Part shown: piece after piece, positions 49,459-58,564 of the stretch
How positions within the stretch are numbered: the first letter of the stretch is position 1
Layout: each line of letters opens with the position of its first letter
DNA from: an uncultured Actinomycetota bacterium
GTDB lineage: Bacteria > Actinomycetota > Actinomycetes > CAVWCF01
Assembly (NCBI GenBank): GCA_963753435.1
Contig: CAVWCF010000001.1
Location: 1,408,001-1,472,000, forward strand
DNA length: 64,000 nt
Direction of reading: 5' to 3'
Made by a program: the position numbers and the translations under genes
Notes under the pieces: generated by a model
The model's input: the letters and a program-made list of their open reading frames with translations, nothing else
Database searches by the model: none
What the model was told of the DNA's origin: nothing

Positions 49459-49840
49459 CGCCAGCGTTCTGGTTTCCGCGTTGGTTGACGATGCTGCGGA
49501 CGGTGACCTGGCCAGGCAACGACTGCGCGGTGAACGGCTGTTCGCGCCGGAACTCATCGACCTAGAGGTTGTCTCGGTCCTGCGTAGACAGGTCACGTCC
49601 GGGCGGTTACCGCTGCGTCGGGCCGACCTGGCGGTGCAGGACCTCGCTGCTGTTCCCGTCGCTCGCGCTGCGCACAAACCGTTGCTGCACCGCTGTTGGC
49701 AGTTGCGCGACAGCCTGAGTGCCTACGACGCGGCATACGTGGCACTGGCCGAGTTGCTGGGCGCCGCGCTGGTTACCGCAGATGGCCGGATCGCCCGGGC
49801 CGCTGGCCTCGGTTGCGAGATCGAGGTGCTCGGCCGGTAG
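49445..49840 (+). CDS. VapC-type PIN-domain toxin
   Basis: MIVVDASVLV, LIDLEV, SAYDAAYVALAE, LVTAD acidic tetrad. Confidence 0.9.
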   Translation: MIVVDASVLVSALVDDAADGDLARQRLRGERLFAPELIDLEVVSVLRRQVTSGRLPLRRADLAVQDLAAVPVARAAHKPLLHRCWQLRDSLSAYDAAYVALAELLGAALVTADGRIARAAGLGCEIEVLGR

Positions 49841-49942
49841 GCGCATAGTGCTGTTCTCGGGTCCCTCCAGCACTGAGCGGTTGCTGCCGATAGCACTTCG
49901 GAGCGGCCGAGAGGCGGCCGCGCATCACGACCTGGAGGAATC

Positions 49943-50324
49943 ATGGCCAAGCGCCGTCACGTCCTGGCCGGGGTCGCCGCACTCGCCACCTTCGGTGCGG
50001 TCGTCGGCTCGGCCGCCACCCTGGGCGGGATCACGTCCGCATCGCTAGGCGCCGACGCGAGCGTCGTCGCCGGCTGCGACCCGAACGGGATCACCGTTTC
50101 CTACACAACCAGCTTTTGCCGCCGGCGCCTACTCCGTCTCCGGCGTCACCTTGGGTGGCGTCGACGCCGCCTGTAACGGTAAGAACGTGAGCGTCACTCT
50201 TGCCGACGCTTCGAACGCTGCGCTGGGAGAGGCAACGAGCACCGTCGGTGGCCCCGCCCTCACCTTCGCTCCGTCAATCGACGCCGCGGCCGTTGAGAAC
50301 GTGGCCGTGGTCATCGCCGACTGA
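49943..50324 (+). pseudogene. Frameshifted secreted protein (SipW-substrate-like, about 126 aa if repaired)
   Basis: GGAGG + ATG; MAKRRHVLAGVAALATFGAVVGSAATLGG...CDPNG...YTTSF continues in the +1 frame after TTTT 50114-50117 as AAGAYSVSGVTLGGVDAACNGKNVSVTL...VENVAVVIAD*; real lesion or assembly indel. Confidence 0.7.
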
Positions 50325-50333
50325 ATCGGACCA

Positions 50334-50365
50334 GTGGCGGCGCTCGGATGGCCGGGCGCCGCCAC
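50334..50365 (+). terminator. Strong hairpin after the first secreted-protein gene
   Basis: GTGGCGGCGCTCGG-ATGG-CCGGGCGCCGCCAC, 14-bp stem with one G:U pair. Confidence 0.65.
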
Positions 50366-50465
50366 GTCTGCGCGTTCTAGGCCTCGGGTACCGGCCTTGC
50401 CAACCGCCAGAGTCCGTCACCCGAATGGGCTAAACCTGCGGCCGCGACCATCCGATGCCTCATCC

Positions 50466-51167
50466 GTGGCTCTGACTCTGCGCAGCTGGGCTGCCCTCGC
50501 TGGGGCAGCCACCCTGGCTGCATCACGCCGGCAGCTGCCGCTTCTCTCGGTGGGCTCGACCAGAGTGTGCTCCAAACGGCGAATGAACCGCAGCGATCTT
50601 TGACGTCGTCGACCTCTTCGCCGGAGGCGGATCGCTTGCCGCACACATCGCCGACACTGGTCAGACCTGGACCGTCACGGTGGGCAGTTACACGGTCGGT
50701 AGCAACCAGATCTCCGCTGGCAGTTGGCTGGGCGCACGACCAGGCCCATGTCACCGGGCCAGGCGGCGACTACATCGCTTCGCTGTCTTTCACCCGAGCC
50801 TGGTTCCTGGGCCAAGGCGGCGGGTTGTGGCTCAACGGCAACGCCTCCGGAAACACCGGGGTATCTGTGGTCTGGTCATCGGGAGCCGGCGGCACGTTGA
50901 CGGTTACGCGCTACTTGTCCGGAACTGCGACGGTGCTGGATGACCGGACCGGAGTGGGGGCCCGGCAAGGCGTCGCGACCCCGCTCGCTGTGACGTTCGA
51001 TTGACAACTGCCGGTGAGTACACGGTGTTCGACGGCGCGCCCCCGGGTACAAGGTGACGCTTTCCGCTGCCGATCGGGCTGTGCTTGCACCCAACACCCG
51101 TATCGGGATTCGCGCGAGAACCCGCTCGTCACGACCGATGGCGAACTTTCGGGTGCTGACTCAGTGA
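50466..51167 (+). pseudogene. Multiply frameshifted secreted beta-rich protein
   Basis: Protein-like fragments in alternating frames: VALTLRSWAALAGAATL / ITPAAAASLGGLDQSVLQTA / DLFAGGGSLAAHIADTGQTWTV / DYIASLSF..GGGLWLNG..LAVTFD / AGEYTVFDG / VTLSAADRAVLAPNTRIGI..FRVLTQ*. Confidence 0.5.
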
Positions 51168-51181
51168 CCGGCCGATAACCT

Positions 51182-51718
51182 GTGACCACTCCGCCGGCGG
51201 CCGGAAGCCAGCGAGGACCGGGCCCGACAAGTCGGCCGAAGTCGAGCGCACGTCTTGGTCGGCTGCTGTCGATCCTGGGCTGGGTGGCCGTCCTCGCCGT
51301 CGTGGTCGCTGCCTGGCCGGTTCGCTTCGGCGGTCACCTCGGATTGACCGTCGTGTCCGGGCAAAGCATGGCCGATACGTATCAGTCCGGCGACCTGGTG
51401 GCCACTTGGCGTACCGGCGACTACGTCGTTGGGGACGTGATCGTCTACCGGATCCCGGAAGGCGGTGCGGGTGAGGGCCTGCGGGTGGTCCACCGGGTTG
51501 TCGAGCAGCGATCGGATGGCAGCTACCGGACTCAGGGCGACAACACCGAGTACGCCGATCCATGGGTCCCGACGGCCGCGGACATCGACGGCCGGGTGGT
51601 TGCCGCAGTCCCCGGCGCGGGCACCTGGCTGACGTGGTTGGTGTCGCCACTGGCGCTGGTGCTGCTCGCGGCCGGGTGCCTCGCCGCTTGGGTGTACCGG
51701 CTGGTTGACGGCGGCTGA
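51182..51718 (+). CDS. Signal peptidase I, SipW/ER-type (S26B)
   Basis: Catalytic Ser in VSGQSM, GDVIVY, His in VVHRV, TQGDN...DPW; N- and C-terminal TM segments. Confidence 0.88.
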   Translation: MTTPPAAGSQRGPGPTSRPKSSARLGRLLSILGWVAVLAVVVAAWPVRFGGHLGLTVVSGQSMADTYQSGDLVATWRTGDYVVGDVIVYRIPEGGAGEGLRVVHRVVEQRSDGSYRTQGDNTEYADPWVPTAADIDGRVVAAVPGAGTWLTWLVSPLALVLLAAGCLAAWVYRLVDGG

Positions 51719-51730
51719 GAGCATTACGTC

Positions 51731-52285
51731 ATGTCTGGTGCGAGGATGCGTGTCGCGCTCGTCGCGGGGCTTGTGGTGTTGATCGGTCTGGCGCTGATCG
51801 CACCTTCGCAACGCGCCGAGGACCGCGAGGTCGGGATTTCCGGCGTGCGCACGTACGCCGACCTCTCCCGTGACCACGTTTCGCCGCCCATCGAGTATGC
51901 GCAGACCCCGCCCGTGGGTGGTCCGCACGTGGACGAATGGCTGGCCTGCAACGGGGAGGTCTACGACGCGCCGGTCGCCGACGAGTCAGCGGTGCACAGT
52001 CTCGAACACGGCGCGGTCTGGGTCACCTATGCCGACTCGCTGTCCGCCGACGAGGTGGCATCGTTGGCGGACCGCGTCGAGGGCGGGGACTACCGATTCC
52101 TGTCGCCGTACCCGGATCAGGACAACCCCGTGATGCTCACCGCTTGGGGGCTGCAGTTGGCGGTGGAGTCGGTGGACGACCCGCGAATCGAGGAGTTCCT
52201 CGTCGCGTACTCCAACGGCCCACAGACCCCCGAGCCGGGCGCCACGTGCGACCAGCCGACTCAGGCGATGGATGAGGCCGTCTGA
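51731..52285 (+). CDS. DUF3105 domain membrane-anchored protein
   Basis: HV...Y...PPVGGPH, VHSLEHGAVWVTY, LSPY, LTAWG, PEPGATC. Confidence 0.85.
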   Translation: MSGARMRVALVAGLVVLIGLALIAPSQRAEDREVGISGVRTYADLSRDHVSPPIEYAQTPPVGGPHVDEWLACNGEVYDAPVADESAVHSLEHGAVWVTYADSLSADEVASLADRVEGGDYRFLSPYPDQDNPVMLTAWGLQLAVESVDDPRIEEFLVAYSNGPQTPEPGATCDQPTQAMDEAV

Positions 52286-52342
52286 CCTGAGCCGCTGGGC
52301 GGATGCACGCGGTCGCAGCCGGACCGCCATTAGCCTGCCCAC

Positions 52343-53404
52343 GTGATCCGCCTGCGCAGCGACCTCAGCCAGTTGCCCGCCTACAAGCCGGGCCGCCCGC
52401 CGGTCGCAACCGACGGAGGCCGCGCGTTCAAGCTGTCGTCCAACGAGAACCCCTACCCGCCGCTGCCGAGCGTGCTGGCAGCGATCGCAGCGGCGTCTCG
52501 ATCCGTGAACCGGTACCCGGATCTGACCAGCGGCGAACTCACTGCCAGGTTGGCGCAGCGGTTCGGGGTCGATGCGGAACGCATCGCCGTCGGCACCGGG
52601 TCGGTGGCGTTGGCGCAGTACGCCGTGCAGGCGGTCGCCGGTCCGGGCGACGAAGTCGTGTTCGCCTGGCGTTCCTTCGAGGCCTACCCGATCCTCACCC
52701 GCATTGCCGGCGCCACGGCGGTACAGGTGCCCTTGGCCGGGGAGGCGCACGACCTGGACGCCATGGCCGCAGCGATCTCACCGCGGACGCGCGCGGTCTT
52801 CTTGTGCTCGCCGAACAACCCGACCGGGGTGGCCATCGGAGGGCAGGCCCTACGGGGGTTCTTGGCTCGCGTCCCGGCCGACACCCTCGTGGTTCTGGAT
52901 GAGGCCTACCGCGAGTTCGTCACTGACGCCGAGGTACCGGACGGTCTGAGCGTCGCCGCCGAGTACCCCAATGTGGCCGTGTTGCGCACGTTCTCCAAGG
53001 CCTACGGACTGGCCGGCCTCCGGGTCGGGTTCTTGGTCGGACCGCCGGAGCTGGCGGGCGCGGTGCGGTCGGTAGCCATTCCGTTCGGTGTCTCAGCGGC
53101 TGCTCAGGTCGCTGCGATCGCCAGCTTGGACGCCGAGTCGGAGCTGCTCGAACGAGTCACGGCTCTGGTGGCCGAGCGCGAACGCCTGAGCGCGGGGCTT
53201 GTCTCGGCGGGGTTCGACGTCCCGGCCAGTCAGGCCAACTTCGTCTGGGTGCGCCTGGGTCCGGCAACGGCTGAGTTCGCCGCCGCATGCGAGCAGCAAG
53301 GCGTGAGCGTGCGGGCCTTCGCCGATGAGGGCGTTCGGATCACGGCCGGGGAAGAAGAGGCAACCGATCGCGTGCTGGCGGTGGCCGCCGAATGGCGGGC
53401 CTAA
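52343..53404 (+). CDS. Histidinol-phosphate/aromatic aminotransferase (HisC/Pat family)
   Basis: [41 protein letters not shown]. Confidence 0.92.
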   Translation: MIRLRSDLSQLPAYKPGRPPVATDGGRAFKLSSNENPYPPLPSVLAAIAAASRSVNRYPDLTSGELTARLAQRFGVDAERIAVGTGSVALAQYAVQAVAGPGDEVVFAWRSFEAYPILTRIAGATAVQVPLAGEAHDLDAMAAAISPRTRAVFLCSPNNPTGVAIGGQALRGFLARVPADTLVVLDEAYREFVTDAEVPDGLSVAAEYPNVAVLRTFSKAYGLAGLRVGFLVGPPELAGAVRSVAIPFGVSAAAQVAAIASLDAESELLERVTALVAERERLSAGLVSAGFDVPASQANFVWVRLGPATAEFAAACEQQGVSVRAFADEGVRITAGEEEATDRVLAVAAEWRA

Positions 53405-54328
53405 TCACCTGGTTTCGCCGCGCACGACGAGCAGCACACCGAGAACGGTGATGGTTCCGCCGACTATCAGCACGGCCGTGATGGGCTCGTCTCGTAGCAG
53501 CGAGCCCAGCAGGACGGCGATGATCGGGTTCACGTAGGCGTATGTGAACACCAGGGAAAGCGGCGCGCTGCGCACCAGCCAGACGAAGGCAGTGAACGCC
53601 AGGACCGACCCGATCAACACCAGGTACAGCCACGCCAGCAGTGACGCATTCGTCCAACTAGCCGGGTCCAAGCCCGCCCATTCCCCGCGGATCGTGCCGA
53701 GTGCCATCAGCAGCAGGCCGCCAAGCAGCATCTCGTAGACGGTGAGTACGAACGGGTCGGAAGGCAATGGCAGCCGCCCCGACAGCCAACTACCCGTGGC
53801 CCACGACATGGTGCCGGCGACGATCAGCAGCATCCACATCACCGGCGCGCCGAGGGCGCCTTCGGAAAGCGCCTCCGGACCGATCAGGATCGCCAGGCCG
53901 GCGAACCCGATTGCGATGCCCGCGAGCGTGGCCGGGCCGGGCCGATCACCGCTCATCCGGCGCAGTACGGCCGCCCATAGGGGCAACGCGGCGACCAGCA
54001 GGGCGGCGACGCCGCTAGGCACGCCGTTGAGCTCGGCGATCGCCACCGCCCCCAAACCGCCCGCCAGCAGCAGGGCCCCGACCACTGCCGCGCCGCGAAC
54101 CTCGGCTCCGGTGACCGCCAGCGCGCGGGGTCCCTGCCGCCATCGGACCAGCGCCGCCAGGATGCCCGCCGCCACGACGAACCGGCTGCCCAGCGACAGC
54201 AGTGGCGGCATCGAATCAACAAGGAACGCGATAGCCAGGTACGTCGACCCCCACACGACGTAGACCACCGAGAGGGCCGACCACACCAGGCCGCCCGGCG
54301 CGCGGCTGTCGGTTCGGGGGGTGGCCAC
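53405..54328 (-). CDS. EamA/DMT family transporter
   Basis: VYVVWGSTYLAI, PSGVAAL, YLVLIGS, TYAYVNP. Confidence 0.9.
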   Translation of the reverse strand: MATPRTDSRAPGGLVWSALSVVYVVWGSTYLAIAFLVDSMPPLLSLGSRFVVAAGILAALVRWRQGPRALAVTGAEVRGAAVVGALLLAGGLGAVAIAELNGVPSGVAALLVAALPLWAAVLRRMSGDRPGPATLAGIAIGFAGLAILIGPEALSEGALGAPVMWMLLIVAGTMSWATGSWLSGRLPLPSDPFVLTVYEMLLGGLLLMALGTIRGEWAGLDPASWTNASLLAWLYLVLIGSVLAFTAFVWLVRSAPLSLVFTYAYVNPIIAVLLGSLLRDEPITAVLIVGGTITVLGVLLVVRGETR

Positions 54329-54342
54329 CGGTGAAGACTCCC

Positions 54343-54378
54343 AGGACCAAAGTCACAGCGTGGCAAGACCGTTGGCCC
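54343..54378. promoter_or_regulatory. Two tandem DosR/DevR-like boxes upstream of cydA
   Basis: AGGACCAAAGTCAC (54343-54356) and AAGACCGTTGGCCC (54365-54378) versus the DosR core GGGACTWWAGTCCC; 22-bp periodicity; candidate -10 CATAGT at 54402-54407. Confidence 0.65.
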
Positions 54379-54455
54379 GGATCTAGGTGGCGTGGGTGCG
54401 GCATAGTTCCGGTTGGCCGTGCCTCCGGCCGGTTCGTGCGCTGAACGGAGTGTGC

Positions 54456-55865
54456 ATGGAAGCGTTGGATCTAGCGCGGTGGCAGTTCGGAATCACCACC
54501 GTCTACCACTTCCTATTTGTCCCCCTCACCATCGGTCTTTCCTTCTTGGTTGCCGGCCTGCAGACCGCCTGGGTCCGCACCGGCAACGAGAAGTACCTGC
54601 GGGCGACGAAGTTCTGGGGGCGGCTCTTCCTCATCAACTTCGCCATGGGCGTGGTGACCGGCATCGTGCAGGAGTTCCAGTTCGGCATGAACTGGTCGGA
54701 CTACTCCCGGTTCGTCGGGGACATCTTCGGCGCCCCGTTGGCCATTGAGGGCCTACTGGCCTTCTTCCTGGAGTCGACATTCCTTGGGCTGTGGATCTTC
54801 GGGTGGGATCGGCTCCCGAAGCGGATACACCTGGCGACCATCTGGGCCGCGGCGGTCGGCACGCTGCTGTCCGCCTACTTCATCCTCGCCGCCAACTCCT
54901 GGATGCAGCACCCTGTCGGCTACGAGTTCAACCCGGAAACGGGTCGTGCCGAACTGAATGACTTCGTGGCGGTTCTGACCAACTCCACGACTCTGATCAC
55001 GTTCCCGCACACGATCACCGCGGCGTTCCTGACCGCCGGCGCCTTCATGGCCGGCGTCGCGGCGTGGCACGTGATCCGCCGCCAGCACGACGACGTCATG
55101 CGCCCAAGCCTGAAACTCGGCCTGGTCACGATGCTCGTAGCGTCCATCGGAGTCATCGTCACCGGCGACATCCACGCCCGGATCATGACCGAGCAGCAGC
55201 CGATGAAGATGGCGGCGGCGGAGGCGCTGTACGAGACCACGTCCGGCGCCGGTTTCTCCGTCTTCACGCTCGGTACCCCGGACGGCAGCGAGGAGATATT
55301 CAGCGTTCGCATCCCCAAGTTGCTCTCGATCATGGCCACCGGCAGCCCCGACGGCACCGTCGAGGGGATCAACGACTTGCAGGCTCAGTACGAGGAGCAA
55401 TTCGGGCCAGGCAGTTACAAACCGAACATCCCCGTCACGTTCTGGTCGTTCCGGCTCATGATCGGATTCGGCGCCTTGGCCGGGCTGTGGGCCCTGTACG
55501 CGCTTTGGGCCACCAGGGGCGGTCGGACTCCGACCAGCCGCTGGTTCGCCTGGACGACGATCGCGGTCATCACCCTGCCGTTGCTGGCGAACTCATTCGG
55601 GTGGATCTTCACCGAGATGGGCCGCCAGCCGTGGACGGTCTTCGGCGTCCTGCAGACGATGGACAGCGTCTCTCCAGGCGTCAGCGCCGGTGAGATCTGG
55701 ACTTCAATGATCGGCCTGACGCTGCTGTACGGAGTCCTGGCGGTCATTGAGGTGGCGCTGTTGGTCAAGTACGCAAAGGCCGGGCCTCCGGAGCAAGTGG
55801 TGACCGAGCCCTACGACCCCGACTCCATCGACGACGAGGACCGCGTCCTCTACTTCGCGTACTGA
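54456..55865 (+). CDS. cydA: Cytochrome bd oxidase subunit I
   Basis: LARWQFG..TVYHFLFVP, GIVQEFQFG, ANSWMQHP, QPMKMAAAE, GWIFTEMGRQPW. Confidence 0.97.
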   Translation: MEALDLARWQFGITTVYHFLFVPLTIGLSFLVAGLQTAWVRTGNEKYLRATKFWGRLFLINFAMGVVTGIVQEFQFGMNWSDYSRFVGDIFGAPLAIEGLLAFFLESTFLGLWIFGWDRLPKRIHLATIWAAAVGTLLSAYFILAANSWMQHPVGYEFNPETGRAELNDFVAVLTNSTTLITFPHTITAAFLTAGAFMAGVAAWHVIRRQHDDVMRPSLKLGLVTMLVASIGVIVTGDIHARIMTEQQPMKMAAAEALYETTSGAGFSVFTLGTPDGSEEIFSVRIPKLLSIMATGSPDGTVEGINDLQAQYEEQFGPGSYKPNIPVTFWSFRLMIGFGALAGLWALYALWATRGGRTPTSRWFAWTTIAVITLPLLANSFGWIFTEMGRQPWTVFGVLQTMDSVSPGVSAGEIWTSMIGLTLLYGVLAVIEVALLVKYAKAGPPEQVVTEPYDPDSIDDEDRVLYFAY

Positions 55866-55875
55866 GGAGGCAGCC

Positions 55876-56901
55876 ATGGAACTGACCGACATCTGGTTTG
55901 TCCTCATCGCAGTGCTGTGGATGGGCTACTTCTTCCTGGAGGGCTTCGACTTCGGCGTCGGCATGCTGCTGCCGGTACTTGGTCGCACCGACAAGGAACG
56001 GCGGGCGATGGTGAACACCATCGGGCCGGTCTGGGACGGAAACGAGGTCTGGCTCCTGGTTGCCGGCGGCGCGACCTTCGCCGCTTTCCCGGAGTGGTAC
56101 GCGACGCTGTTCAGCGGGTTCTACCTGCCGCTGCTGTTGATCCTGGTCGCGCTCATCGTCCGTGGGGTCGCGTTCGAGTACCGGGGCAAGAACAACGACG
56201 AAACGTGGAAGAGCCGCTGGGATCTCGCGATCATCATCGGGTCGTTCGTGCCGTCACTGCTGTGGGGTGTTGCGTTCGCGAACATCGTCGCCGGTGTTCC
56301 CATCGACGCCGACGCGGAGTACACGGGCAACCTCTTCACGTTGCTGAACCCGTATGCCCTGCTGGGCGGCGTCACGACCACGGTCTTGTTCGCCTTCCAC
56401 GGCGCGCTGTTCACGGCGCTGAAGACCACCGGCGACCTGCGCGAGCGGGCCAACCACCTGGCCGGGCGGCTGGGCCTGGTGCTGCTGGTGCTGGCCGTGG
56501 CGTTCCTGGGTTGGACCCAACTCAGCCACGGCAAGACCTCGACGCTGATCACGATCGCAGTGGCGGCGCTGGCTCTTATCGGCGCGCTGCTGATGAACCG
56601 GGGTGGGCGTGAGGGCTGGGCGTTCGCGCTGACCGGGGTCACGATCGTCTTCGTGGTCGGCTCGCTGTTCCTGGCGTTGTACCCGAATGTGATGCCCAGC
56701 AGCACCGACGCCGCGTTCAGCCTTACGACCGAGAACGCCTCCTCCACCGACTACACGCTGCGGATCATGACGTGGGTGGCGGTCGTGTTCGTGCCGATCG
56801 TGCTGCTGTACCAGGGCTGGACCTACTACGTATTCCGCCGCCGCATCGGCGCTGACAACATCCCCGACCCGGCACCGGTGCTCACCGACCGCGCCGGGTG
56901 A
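55876..56901 (+). CDS. cydB: Cytochrome bd oxidase subunit II
   Basis: EGFDFGVG, IGPVWDGNEVW, RGVAFEYR. Confidence 0.97.
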   Translation: MELTDIWFVLIAVLWMGYFFLEGFDFGVGMLLPVLGRTDKERRAMVNTIGPVWDGNEVWLLVAGGATFAAFPEWYATLFSGFYLPLLLILVALIVRGVAFEYRGKNNDETWKSRWDLAIIIGSFVPSLLWGVAFANIVAGVPIDADAEYTGNLFTLLNPYALLGGVTTTVLFAFHGALFTALKTTGDLRERANHLAGRLGLVLLVLAVAFLGWTQLSHGKTSTLITIAVAALALIGALLMNRGGREGWAFALTGVTIVFVVGSLFLALYPNVMPSSTDAAFSLTTENASSTDYTLRIMTWVAVVFVPIVLLYQGWTYYVFRRRIGADNIPDPAPVLTDRAG

Positions 56902-56920
56902 GCGCTCGCCGCCGTCGACA

Positions 56921-58564
56921 GTGAGGCCGATCGACCCGCGCCTGCTGCGCTACGCCCGGGCCACCACCGGCTATCTCGCCGGCTCGGTGGCCCTAGGCGT
57001 TGTTGGGGCGCTGGCCATCGTCGCCGGTGCATTCGCCCTGGCCGACGTGATCAGCGGCGTCGTTGCTGGCGAACCGCTGCGAACGCAGCGCGCCGGCCTG
57101 GTGGTGTTGGTCGTTGTCGCATTGGTCCGGGGACTGGTGGCCTGGGTGGGTGAGGGCTGGGCCTACCGAACCGCTGCATCGGCCAAGGTGCAGTTGCGCC
57201 GGGCGGTCGCTGCTCGAGTCCTCGCCGACCCCGGTTCTTCCGGAGACCGGAGCCTGTCCGTCACCGCTACTCGCGGTTTGGACGCCCTCGACGCGTACTA
57301 CATGCGGTACCTGCCGCAGCTGGTCCTGGCGTTCCTCGTGCCGTTGGTTGTTCTCGTGGCAATCGTCACGCAGGACCTGCTGTCCGCGGTCATCGTGGCG
57401 GTGACGCTGCCTTTGATCCCGTTGTTCATGGCGCTGGTGGGGGTGGCCACCCGAGCAGCCACCGGCAAGCAACTGACGCGGCTTACGCGACTGTCCAACT
57501 TCTTCCTGGACCTGGTGGCCGGGTTGCCCACCCTCACCGTCATGGGACGCGCCAGTGCCCAGCAGCGCCGAGTGGCCGAGATGACCGAGGCGTACCGGAC
57601 GGCGACCATGCGAGTGCTGCGCATCTCGTTCCTGTCCGCGCTGGTTCTGGAACTGCTGGCCACGATCTCGGTGGCGCTGGTTGCGGTTTCCATCGGAGTG
57701 CGGATGGTGGAGTCCGGCCTCGACCTACGGACCGGGCTCGTCGTCCTGATCCTGGCGCCGGAGGCCTACCTGCCGTTGCGGTTGGTCGGGCTGCACTACC
57801 ACGCCAGTGCAGACGCCCTGGCTGCGGCGGATGAGCTGCTGGACGTCGTCGAAGCCGAAACCGAGCCGCGGGGGGACCGCTCGGCACCGAGTCTCAGCGA
57901 CGCTGAACTGCGACTCGACAACGTCACGGTGTCCTACCCCGATCGAGACGTGCCGGCTCTGCAGGACTTCTCGTTGGCCGTGGCGCCCGGAGAGACAGTG
58001 GCTCTCGTCGGGCCATCAGGATCGGGCAAGTCCACCGCTTTGGCACTTCTGCTCGGCTTCGAACGGCCTAGGCAAGGCCGCGTCTGGCTGCGCCAGGACG
58101 GTGCAGATCTTGATTTGGCTGAGGTCGACCCGGACTCGGTGCGGGCCCAGATTGCCTGGCTGCCGCAACTGCCGGTCCTGTTCGGACCCACCCTGCGCGC
58201 GGCCCTGACCGCGGGATCCCCGGCGGATGAGGCCCGCCTGCAGGAACTGCTGCAGCGGGTTGGCATGGCCGACGCTGTGGCCAACCTGCCGGACGGGTTG
58301 GAGACCAAGCTGCCGGAACGTCTGCCGCTTTCAGCCGGCCAGCGCCAACGGCTGGCGATCGTGCGAACCCTCTTGCGCCCGGCACCGGTACTACTCCTCG
58401 ACGAGCCGACCGCTGGTCTGGATGGATCGACCGAACGACAAGTCCTTGACCTACTGGCCGCCGAGTGTGCGGGCCGGACCACGGTGCTCGTTGCGCACCG
58501 GCCGACCCTGTTGGAGTTGGCTGACCGCCGGGTGCGCGTCGAAGCCGCGGCGGTTGTGACATGA
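56921..58564 (+). CDS. cydD: ABC exporter CydD
   Basis: RYLPQL, TLPLIPLFM, LRISFLS, APEAYLPLR, GPSGSGKS, LSAGQRQR. Confidence 0.92.
   Translation: MRPIDPRLLRYARATTGYLAGSVALGVVGALAIVAGAFALADVISGVVAGEPLRTQRAGLVVLVVVALVRGLVAWVGEGWAYRTAASAKVQLRRAVAARVLADPGSSGDRSLSVTATRGLDALDAYYMRYLPQLVLAFLVPLVVLVAIVTQDLLSAVIVAVTLPLIPLFMALVGVATRAATGKQLTRLTRLSNFFLDLVAGLPTLTVMGRASAQQRRVAEMTEAYRTATMRVLRISFLSALVLELLATISVALVAVSIGVRMVESGLDLRTGLVVLILAPEAYLPLRLVGLHYHASADALAAADELLDVVEAETEPRGDRSAPSLSDAELRLDNVTVSYPDRDVPALQDFSLAVAPGETVALVGPSGSGKSTALALLLGFERPRQGRVWLRQDGADLDLAEVDPDSVRAQIAWLPQLPVLFGPTLRAALTAGSPADEARLQELLQRVGMADAVANLPDGLETKLPERLPLSAGQRQRLAIVRTLLRPAPVLLLDEPTAGLDGSTERQVLDLLAAECAGRTTVLVAHRPTLLELADRRVRVEAAAVVT

Noticed and set aside
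50108-50125. Programmed ribosomal frameshift in the first SipW substrate
   Set aside because: No canonical slippery heptamer or stimulatory structure; neighbouring indels point to decay or assembly error
54432-54446. GTTC-N7-GAAC inverted repeat near cydA as a Rex operator
   Set aside because: Does not match TGTGAA-N4-TTCACA and is short enough to arise by chance
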